Assembly: GCA_016927495.1 (NCBI GenBank)
Contig: JAFGMP010000263.1
Coordinates: forward strand, 1-47,705
Direction of reading: 5' to 3'
Length of the DNA: 47,705 nucleotides
Source: Candidatus Latescibacterota bacterium
GTDB taxonomy: Bacteria; Latescibacterota; Latescibacteria; Latescibacterales; Latescibacteraceae
Part shown: positions 9,425 to 17,541 of the stretch, piece by piece
Layout of the letters: the number at the start of each line of letters is the position of its first letter
How positions within the stretch are numbered: the stretch's first letter is position 1
The notes under the pieces: generated by a model
What the model saw: the letters and a program-made list of their open reading frames with translations, nothing else
The model's database searches: none
Told to the model about the DNA's origin: nothing
Position numbers and translations under genes: made by a program

Positions 9425-10122
9425 TGTCCTGATTCAGATGGGAAAAGAGTTTTCCTCGAAATTAATTAGCTATATAAGGGCAGGAGGGAAACTCATGGGA
9501 AAAGAACGAACGAAGTGCTCTCTTAATTGATGGAGGAACACATAGCGCTAAAAAAGTTTTGGGGAACTATGAGGTCGGTGTGGGTCGAGCCAAATATCCG
9601 GGATTCGTTAATGGATTTAACCCGTGAGTGGTCTGATAAGACGTAGTTATCGACAGGCAGGTTTATCAGATGGATAGGGATTTTGCAGAGTACGTATTAC
9701 CGGTAGGTGAAACAGAATGGGAGAGTGAATGAGCATAACATGGATACCGAGGGATTCGTGGATTGAGGATTGGGAGAAGGAAGCTATCAATGAGTATTAC
9801 CTTTCTCATCGGGATTACGGGTATCGGCGTGTGATGTGATGTATACGCTGCCCGATGCTGACATTGTGGCGGTGAGTCCCAGCAGTGTGTACCGTGTGCC
9901 GAAAGAAAAGGAATTGTTTCAGAGATGGAACAGCAAACCTTCATCGAAGGGAACGGGGGTTAAAGGGCCTGTACGGGCCCGTGAGCGCTGGCATATCGAT
10001 ATTTCATACATCAACGTCAAGGGTACCTTCTATTATTTGACAAGTATTCCGGACAGGTACAGCCGATACATGCTCCATTTGGCGCTCCGTGAATCAATGA
10101 CCGAAGAAAATGTTGAGATTGT
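9425..10122 (+). mobile_element. Decayed, right-truncated IS3-family insertion sequence (orfA and orfB remnants)
   Basis: Candidate left end TGTCCTGATTCAG at 9425; RBS and ATG at 9495; orfA tail NEVLS*LMEEHIALKK; A6G tract at 9550-9556. orfB fragments WVEPNIRDS, WIPRDSWIEDWEKEAI, GYRR, AVSPSSVYRV and WHIDISY..GTFYYL..DRYSRY carry in-frame stops and frameshifts. The second D and the E of the DDE triad are missing. Confidence 0.85.
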
Positions 10123-10234
10123 TTTTTTTATACCATTTCTGATACTGGAAGTTTAACATGTTCGATCGATTATCATGGTGATAGCAAAACAATATGCTTC
10201 ACGACCATCCCCGGATAAACCAAAACACTATTAT

Positions 10235-10756
10235 TTACGCTGCATTTTCAGATATCAGGAGAATATCTTCCGCGACTAATACTCTTCCTATATCGAGTAG
10301 AGTAATTATCTTTCTGCCTGATTTAGCCATACCCAAAATAAAATCCGTATCAAGGCTTACTCCAAATTTCGGAGTGGCTTCGAGTTCTTCGGAAGTTACG
10401 TTAAGAACTTCAGAAACCTGGTCAACAATGATACCAATCTGCATCGTTCCTACACTGTGCCGGATTTCTACGACAATTATACAGGTTTTTTCCGAATAAC
10501 CTATCTCAGGCATCATAAATTTAAGCCGTAAATCGATAACCGGAATAACTTTACCGCGAAGGTTTATTACTCCTTTGACGAAGTCGGGAGTCTGAGGCAA
10601 CACTGTGATATCCATCATACCGATTATCTCTTTGACTTTAAGGATCTCGAGACCATACTCCTCATCTGCCAACATAAATGTGAGGTATTTACCAGCCTGA
10701 GCTTTACAAACACCGTTTGTGCTTTCAAGGTTCTGATCTCTCACATTCTTTTCCAT
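10235..10756 (-). CDS. cheW: Chemotaxis coupling protein CheW (orphan)
   Basis: KYLTF.L..EEYGLEILKVKEII, FVKGVINLRGKVIPVIDLRLKF, GIIVDQVSEV and LLDI; AAGGTGG RBS. Confidence 0.95.
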   Translation of the reverse strand: MEKNVRDQNLESTNGVCKAQAGKYLTFMLADEEYGLEILKVKEIIGMMDITVLPQTPDFVKGVINLRGKVIPVIDLRLKFMMPEIGYSEKTCIIVVEIRHSVGTMQIGIIVDQVSEVLNVTSEELEATPKFGVSLDTDFILGMAKSGRKIITLLDIGRVLVAEDILLISENAA

Positions 10757-10851
10757 AGTGTTCCACCTTTCATTGGACGATAATGTAAATTAATGATTTT
10801 ATACACTATTATAAGCACCTGACATAGAATTAAATTTCTTCAACTTTTAGA

Positions 10852-10867
10852 TGCAAAAGATATGCCA
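10852..10867 (-). promoter_or_regulatory. sigma54 (RpoN) -24/-12 promoter for cheW
   Basis: The minus strand reads TGGCATATCTTTTGCA (GG-N10-GC), about 95 bp upstream of the cheW ATG and correctly oriented. Confidence 0.75.
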
Positions 10868-10959
10868 AATCATTATGATAAAACGATAACATGTTGTTTA
10901 TAAATAATATACGTTATATTATTTAAATACAATCACTCACGTTTGTATTTAATAAATCT

Positions 10960-10984
10960 TGACAATCTGACTGACAATCTGTCA
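10960..10984. promoter_or_regulatory. Tandem palindromic candidate enhancer (bEBP UAS) for the cheW sigma54 promoter
   Basis: TGACAATCTGAC followed directly by TGACAATCTGTCA (perfect TGACA-N3-TGTCA), 93-117 bp upstream of the -24 box. Confidence 0.55.
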
Positions 10985-11063
10985 ACAAGTAAGAAACAGG
11001 GTAAGCTATTATGAGAAAATGAAGTATGATAAACTCATCACTCGCAGTATGAAGCCAAAGGTA

Positions 11064-12218
11064 TTATGAGTAGAATTGTTTTATCCGCTCTGCCACTTTT
11101 TCGACATCTTGTTCTGTCATTTCATAATATATCGGTAATCGTAACAGACGTTCGCTTATCGATTTGGTAACGTGGAGTAAACCATGTGAACGGCCGAATT
11201 TTTTTCCGGCTTTAGCAGAATGAAGGGGGATATAATGAAAAACAGCCTGTATACCATATTTTTTTAGATGGTTAATAAGTAGTGTTCGTTCTTCAAAATT
11301 TCGGGTTATAATATAAAAAATGTGACCATTGCTTGTACAATCCTCATTTATAATAGAAAGTCGAATCTGACCTTTTTCCATAAGAGGTTTCAATAAACTG
11401 GCATAATAATCAAAAAGAAGGCATCTTTTCCTGATAATTTCGTTTGCATGTTCAAGCTGTGCCCAAAGGAATGCAGCATTGATTTCACCGGGTAGAAACG
11501 ATGATCCTAAATCAACCCACGAGTATTTATCAATGTCACCCCTGAAATAAAGGCTGCGGTTTGTCCCTTTTTCCCATATAATCTCTGCCCTCTCAATCAT
11601 GCTTTCATCATTGATGAGCAGTGCACCACCCTCACCACATATGATATTTTTAGTTTCGTGGAAACTCAGACAACCCAAATGTCCCATAGCACCTAAATAT
11701 TTGCCCTTATAGGTTGATAATAATCCCTGTGCAGCATCCTCGATAACAAAAAGATTATAGCGGTCGGCAACGCTTTGAATAACGCACATTTCACAACCCA
11801 TACCGGCATAATGGACAGGAACAATTACCCTGGTTTTTGGCGTTATAGCGCTTTCGATCAAAGTTTCATCGATATTAAGCGTATCGGGACGTATATCGAC
11901 AAAAACCGGCACAGCTCCGCGTAGAACAAAAGCATTTGCTGTTGAAACAAATGTAAAGGAAGGCATAATAACTTCATCACCCGGTTTCAAGTCTGCAAGG
12001 ATAGCCGCCATTTCGAGTGCACCGGTACATGAGTGAGTCAGTAGGGCTTTCCGGCAATTCAATTGTTTTTCTAACCATGACTGACAAGACCGGGTATATG
12101 GCCCGTTTCCTGATAAATGCAAGTTTTCTTTCACAGCTTTCGATATATTTTCAAGTTCATTACCGATAATAAAAGGTTTATTGAATGGTATTTTAAATTC
12201 GTTTTCATTATTTTTCAT
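11064..12218 (-). CDS. rffA: dTDP-4-amino-4,6-dideoxygalactose transaminase (WecE/RffA type, DegT family)
   Basis: IPFNKP, LLTHSCTGALEMAA, PSFTFVSTANAF, EDAAQG, SFHETKN (PLP Lys), EKGTNRS, DKYSWVDLGSSF, VFHYIPLH and LLRLP. Confidence 0.9.
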   Translation of the reverse strand: MKNNENEFKIPFNKPFIIGNELENISKAVKENLHLSGNGPYTRSCQSWLEKQLNCRKALLTHSCTGALEMAAILADLKPGDEVIMPSFTFVSTANAFVLRGAVPVFVDIRPDTLNIDETLIESAITPKTRVIVPVHYAGMGCEMCVIQSVADRYNLFVIEDAAQGLLSTYKGKYLGAMGHLGCLSFHETKNIICGEGGALLINDESMIERAEIIWEKGTNRSLYFRGDIDKYSWVDLGSSFLPGEINAAFLWAQLEHANEIIRKRCLLFDYYASLLKPLMEKGQIRLSIINEDCTSNGHIFYIITRNFEERTLLINHLKKYGIQAVFHYIPLHSAKAGKKFGRSHGLLHVTKSISERLLRLPIYYEMTEQDVEKVAERIKQFYS

Positions 12219-12387
12219 TTCAGATTCTTTCGATAAATACCTTGAATTGAGTTAATTATCACAATTATATAGAAAGTTAATACCCACAACAAATTATTGA
12301 TTTTTTTAGCATGATTCAAGATATTTGATTTTATTTTAAATATGGCAAATGAAACTCAATAAACTAAAATAAAACGGGATTAATTAT

Positions 12388-13347
12388 TTGAAACTGAATA
12401 ACAGCCGTATTCTTGTCATTGGCGGGGCGGGATTTGTAGGTTCTCATATCGTCGATCAACTTATCAATGAACCTGTCAGTGAAATATTAATATTAGATAA
12501 TTTTGTACGGGGTACCCGTCATAATCTCAAACAGGCAGTTAAAGATAATCGTGTAAAAATCATCGAGGGAAGTATTACCGACATTGATATATTACATGAC
12601 ATAATGCAGAATATCGACTATGTATTTCATTTAGCGGCATTATGGCTTTTCGAATGCGTTCACCAGCCAAGATCAGCCCTCGAAGTAAACGTGGACGGCA
12701 CATACAATGTTGTCGAATCGGCTCAAAACGCAGGAGTTAAAAAGGTAATCTATTCCTCCTCGGCATCCGTTTATGGGAACGCAGTATCAATCCCGATGAC
12801 CGAGGATCATCCATTCAACAACAGGACTATGTATGGCGCCGCAAAAATTGCCGGTGAGCAGTTTTTTCGCTCGAATTATGAACAGAAAAAAATGGATTAT
12901 GTCGGACTAAGATACATGAATGTCTATGGTCCAAGAATGGATTATAAAGGAACATATGTCAGTGTTATCATGAAAGTTCTCGATAAAATCGATAGCAACC
13001 AGGCGCCTGTCATATTTGGTGATGGATCGCAGTCATATGATTTTATTCATGTCGATGATGTTGCACGAGCAAATATACTTGCATTGAAGAGTGACGCAAC
13101 CGATCAATTCTATAATGTTGGTATGGGTGTAAAAACAACAATCAACGAACTTGTGAAAAAGCTTATAGAGATCACCGGGTCGAATCTCAAACCCGAATAT
13201 AAACCACAGGAGCAAATGTTTGTAACCCATAGAGTAGGCAGCACGGAAAAAGCGGAAAAAGATCTCGGATTTAAAGCAAAAATTCAATTAGACGAGGGAT
13301 TACAGTCAGTTGTGTCATGGCGAAAGGAAGATAAGCAAAGAGTTTAA
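12388..13347 (+). CDS. NAD-dependent NDP-sugar epimerase/dehydratase (extended SDR)
   Basis: GGAGFVG, HLAA, SSSASVYG, YGAAK, RYMNVYGP and DFIHVDD; TTG start. Confidence 0.9.
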   Translation: MKLNNSRILVIGGAGFVGSHIVDQLINEPVSEILILDNFVRGTRHNLKQAVKDNRVKIIEGSITDIDILHDIMQNIDYVFHLAALWLFECVHQPRSALEVNVDGTYNVVESAQNAGVKKVIYSSSASVYGNAVSIPMTEDHPFNNRTMYGAAKIAGEQFFRSNYEQKKMDYVGLRYMNVYGPRMDYKGTYVSVIMKVLDKIDSNQAPVIFGDGSQSYDFIHVDDVARANILALKSDATDQFYNVGMGVKTTINELVKKLIEITGSNLKPEYKPQEQMFVTHRVGSTEKAEKDLGFKAKIQLDEGLQSVVSWRKEDKQRV

Positions 13348-13421
13348 AAACGAATTGTTCAAACAAAACCATGTAACGTACATGATATTACCTTACCTAT
13401 TGATTTTCGCGGGATTAATGT

Positions 13422-14318
13422 GTGAAACGAATACTTGTAACAGGTGCGGCCGGTCTTATCGGCAGTTATTTATGCAGAAGACTTTCTCAAAACAATAAGA
13501 TTTGGGGATTAATCAGACCGAATTCAAAACCTGAAAATATTCCACAGATGGATTGGATACAGTGTAATCTCGCAAAACCAGTAGATATAAAAAAATTACC
13601 ATCAGAACTCGATGTGATTATTCATCTGGCTCAGTCAAACCGTTATAAAGAATTTCCCGATAGCGCTCCGGATGTTTTCAATGTGAATATACGCAGCACT
13701 TTCGAACTACTCGACTATGGCCGTAAAATCGGTATCAAACAATTCGTTTACGGCTCTTCAGGCGGAATATACGGATCAGGAGAATATGCATTCAAAGATA
13801 CCGACCACATTACCATTCAGAAACCACTTAGTTTTTATAATACATCCAAATATATTTCGGAACTTATGACAAACAATTACACAGCTTTTTTTTCCACAGC
13901 CATCTTAAGGTTTTTCTTTGTCTATGGCAAGGGACAAAAAAAAAGCATGCTTATTCCACGTCTCATTAACAATGTAAGAACTGGTGTTGCAGTCATACTT
14001 GAAGGGAAAGATGGTGTCATAATCAATCCGATTTATATTGATGACGTAATCGCTGCAGTTACGCAAATTGTCAATCGTGAACTATCGATAACCGTAAATA
14101 TCGGTGGCCCTCAAAACCTGAGTATAAGGCGGATTGCAGAAATCATCGGAGAAATCGTAGGGAAAAAACCGGTTTTTGAATTTACCCATGATGAGTGTGC
14201 TAACAATCTGATCGGCGATATTACTACTATGACAAAATATATGGATCCCCCAATGATATCATTTAAAGAGGGATTAAATAAAATGATTTATGATGACGCA
14301 ATAAAGGAAAGTGAATGA
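13422..14318 (+). CDS. NAD-dependent epimerase/dehydratase/reductase (extended SDR)
   Basis: TGAAGLIG, HLAQS, SSGGIYG, YNTSK and RFFFVYG; GTG start. Confidence 0.85.
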   Translation: MKRILVTGAAGLIGSYLCRRLSQNNKIWGLIRPNSKPENIPQMDWIQCNLAKPVDIKKLPSELDVIIHLAQSNRYKEFPDSAPDVFNVNIRSTFELLDYGRKIGIKQFVYGSSGGIYGSGEYAFKDTDHITIQKPLSFYNTSKYISELMTNNYTAFFSTAILRFFFVYGKGQKKSMLIPRLINNVRTGVAVILEGKDGVIINPIYIDDVIAAVTQIVNRELSITVNIGGPQNLSIRRIAEIIGEIVGKKPVFEFTHDECANNLIGDITTMTKYMDPPMISFKEGLNKMIYDDAIKESE

Positions 14319-15400
14319 AAGTAATTCACCTTCCTACATCTGTCGGTGGAAATTCATTCGGTTTATCACGGGGTGAAAGAGAACTCGGAATACAGTCCGA
14401 TGTACTGGTTTTATTCCAAAACAGGTTTCAGTTTCCTGCAGACCGATGTATATTTAAAAAACCACCGGGGAATATAATCAGTAATTACACTAAACGAATA
14501 TGGATACCGGCACTATTAAAAGAACTCTTTTCAATAGTAAAAAAATACGATGTATTTCATTTCAATTTCGGCACATCTTTACTTGACCTCTGGATGTTTG
14601 GTCTTCCACTGTTGGATTTACCATATTACCGAAATAAAGGTAAAATTGTAGTAACCTATAATGGGTGTGATGCGAGAATGAAGTATGATACAATCGAAAG
14701 GACACATTTCTCCGCATGTCATGATAACCGTTGTAGTACATTATGTAATACGGGGATGTATGATAAAATTAAAAGAAAAAAAATTTCAAAATTTGACAGT
14801 TATGCTGATTCAATATTTGCAGTAAATCCCGACATTTTACATTTTTTGCCGGAACGCGCACGATTTCTTCCATATACTGTTGCCAAATGGCCGAATATAA
14901 TAACCCTGCCCTATCAAAGCGTTAAAAAAAGAATAAAAATATTGCATGCACCATCGCATAGAATAACAAAAGGCTCTTCAATTATTATCGAAGCCCTGGA
15001 AAAAGTCAAAAAGATATACGGAAATAAAATCGAAACAATCCTTTTGGAAAATCTGCCGAATGACGATGCCCTTAAATTATATGACGATGCTGATCTTGTA
15101 ATTGATCAGGTTTTAATAGGTTTTTACGGGGCATTTGCAGTCGAGACAATGAAGATGGGTAAACCGGTTATGGCTTTTATCAGAAAAGAAGATATGCATT
15201 ATATGCCGCAACAGATGGCTGATGACTGCCTTGACACAATTATTAATGTTTCTCCCGATTCAATTTATGAAAAACTTTGTGAGATTGTGGAAAATCCCGA
15301 ATTGTTGAAAAAACACAGAGAGGCGGCGCTGGACTACGTTCATCGCTGGCATGATCCGGTATATGTTGCCGGAATCACAAAGGCAACATATGAAAATTAG
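14315..15400 (+). CDS. GT-B fold glycosyltransferase (GT4-like)
   Basis: ILHAPSHRITKGS and ADLVIDQ...GFYGAFAVETMKMGKPV; ATGA overlap with the upstream gene. Confidence 0.8.
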   Translation: MKVIHLPTSVGGNSFGLSRGERELGIQSDVLVLFQNRFQFPADRCIFKKPPGNIISNYTKRIWIPALLKELFSIVKKYDVFHFNFGTSLLDLWMFGLPLLDLPYYRNKGKIVVTYNGCDARMKYDTIERTHFSACHDNRCSTLCNTGMYDKIKRKKISKFDSYADSIFAVNPDILHFLPERARFLPYTVAKWPNIITLPYQSVKKRIKILHAPSHRITKGSSIIIEALEKVKKIYGNKIETILLENLPNDDALKLYDDADLVIDQVLIGFYGAFAVETMKMGKPVMAFIRKEDMHYMPQQMADDCLDTIINVSPDSIYEKLCEIVENPELLKKHREAALDYVHRWHDPVYVAGITKATYEN

Positions 15401-15496
15401 ATACAAGATCCTGTTGGTAAAGTCATAAAAAATCATAGTATTTTTTATCAAGAGACAATTAATAACGATTAGAGTTAGAGAGATACAGGTGTACTA

Positions 15497-17377
15497 TTGT
15501 GCGGAATAGCGGGTATATTTAATCTCGGGGGTGAAACGGTGTCTCCTGAATCACTTCGCAGGATGACTAAGGCAATTGCTCATCGCGGCCCGGATGGCGA
15601 AGGTTTTTTTACCGACAGCTTTATCGGCCTTGGCCATCGTCGTCTTTCTGTCCTTGACTTATCACCTGCCGGTCATCAGCCGATGAGAACCCCTGACAAT
15701 CAATTAGTTCTGACATATAACGGAGAAATATATAATTTTAAAGAACTCAGAGCCGAACTTGAGAGTGTGGGACACCAATTCCGATCAGGAACCGATACAG
15801 AGGTTGTACTCCATGCATATCAGGAATGGGGTGAAAACTGTCTGAAACGTTTCAATGGCATGTTTGCATTTGCTGTCTGGGATATAAACCGTCATGAACT
15901 ATTTGTCGCCCGTGACAGATACGGAATTAAACCGTTGTATTATACCTTCCATAATAATACCTTTTTATTTGCATCAGAACAAAAAGCCATGTTGACTTTC
16001 CCCTCTTTACGGAAAGATCCCGATCTCGAAGGATTGATCGAGTATTTCACATTCCAAAATATTTTCACCAACAAAACACTTTTAAAAGGAATTCATCTTT
16101 TTCCTGCCGGAAGTTGGACAAAAATTCCGTTATTTTCCACAGGTAATTCTCTGAAAATTGTTCAATATTGGGATTTTAATTTCGAAGAACCGAAAAAGCC
16201 TGATAATGATGAAGACTATCTGGAAGAACTTGACCGGTTGTTTCGCCAGGCAATAAACCGTCAACTGGTCAGTGATGTTGACGTTGGCGCATATCTGAGT
16301 GGTGGAATGGATTCGGGATCCATTACGGCGCTTGCTGCGACACAAATACCATATATCAAAACATTTACCTGTGGTTTTGATTTACACTCGGCATCAGGTT
16401 TGGAACTTAGCTTTGATGAACGTGAAATGGCAGAATATATGTCATACCTGTTCAAGACTGAGCACTACGAAATGGTTCTCAAAGCGGGAGATATGGAAAG
16501 AATTCTTCCTGAGATTGCCTGGCATATTGAAGAACCGCGTGTGGGGCAAAGTTACCCTAATTACTATATTGCGCAGCTTGCAAGTAAATTTGTCAAAGTC
16601 ATACTTGGCGGCACGGGTGGAGATGAACTCTTTGCGGGTTATCCCTGGCGATATTACCGTGCAGTATCAAATGACAATTTTGAAGATTATATCGATAAAT
16701 ATTATCTGTTCTGGCACAGACTTATTCCGAATCAGGCTATTCATAAAGTTTTCAGCCCCATATGGAATGATGTGAAACATGTATGGACCCGTGACATATT
16801 CAGAGATGTATTTAAAAAACATGATACCACTCTCGATAGCCCTGAGGATTATATTAATCATTCGCTTTATTTTGAGGCTAAAACGTTTTTACATGGTCTT
16901 CTGATTGTGGAAGACAAACTGAGTATGGCCCATTCTCTCGAATCCCGGGTGCCATTTCTCGATAACGACCTCGTCGATTTTTCTATGAAAATACCGGTCA
17001 GACTCAAATTGAGAAATCTGACTGAAGTCATTCAAATGAATGAGAATGAACCAGGATTTAAAACAAATAAATATTTTCTCAGGACCAGAGAAGGTAAAAT
17101 ATTACTTCGTAAAGTAATGGAAAGATATATTCCTCCGAAAATCACAAAACAAATAAAACAGGGATTTTCAGCACCTGATGCAAGCTGGTTTAAAGGTGAC
17201 AGTATAGATTATGTCAGAATAATCATAAATAATAAGAGTGCAAGGATTTATGACTTTATGGATAAAAACGCTGTACAAAGCCTGGTTAATGAACACCTTC
17301 AAGGAAAAGAGAACAGAAGATTATTTATTTGGTCGCTGTTGAATTTTGAATGGTGGCTGAGGTTATTTATGGAATAA
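15497..17377 (+). CDS. asnB: Asparagine synthase-like glutamine amidotransferase, likely amidating a sugar uronic acid
   Basis: N-terminal (M)CGIAG, HRGPD, LGHRRLS, NGEIYN, RDRYGIKPLYY, LSGGMDS, GGDELFAGY and ESRVPFLD; TTG start; embedded in the glycan operon. Confidence 0.9.
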   Translation: MCGIAGIFNLGGETVSPESLRRMTKAIAHRGPDGEGFFTDSFIGLGHRRLSVLDLSPAGHQPMRTPDNQLVLTYNGEIYNFKELRAELESVGHQFRSGTDTEVVLHAYQEWGENCLKRFNGMFAFAVWDINRHELFVARDRYGIKPLYYTFHNNTFLFASEQKAMLTFPSLRKDPDLEGLIEYFTFQNIFTNKTLLKGIHLFPAGSWTKIPLFSTGNSLKIVQYWDFNFEEPKKPDNDEDYLEELDRLFRQAINRQLVSDVDVGAYLSGGMDSGSITALAATQIPYIKTFTCGFDLHSASGLELSFDEREMAEYMSYLFKTEHYEMVLKAGDMERILPEIAWHIEEPRVGQSYPNYYIAQLASKFVKVILGGTGGDELFAGYPWRYYRAVSNDNFEDYIDKYYLFWHRLIPNQAIHKVFSPIWNDVKHVWTRDIFRDVFKKHDTTLDSPEDYINHSLYFEAKTFLHGLLIVEDKLSMAHSLESRVPFLDNDLVDFSMKIPVRLKLRNLTEVIQMNENEPGFKTNKYFLRTREGKILLRKVMERYIPPKITKQIKQGFSAPDASWFKGDSIDYVRIIINNKSARIYDFMDKNAVQSLVNEHLQGKENRRLFIWSLLNFEWWLRLFME

Positions 17378-17541
17378 TATTGTTACCCGATTCTAATTTT
17401 GAAAATATGAAAACCAAATTAATATAATTAAAAAACATCTTAGCAAATTGAGTTGAATTACTTATATTAGTAGAGTTTTTGAGGATTTAATGTATGATTT
17501 TTGGTGTGTTATTTTTTGAATTAAATAAATATTATACATAG

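Noticed and set aside
9836-10156. 106-aa ORF as a functional transposase
   Set aside because: It is only one fragment of a multiply interrupted orfB and lacks most of the DDE triad.
15497-17377. Role in asparagine biosynthesis
   Set aside because: The family call is sound, but its position inside a glycan operon points to sugar amidation; the symbol denotes the family only.
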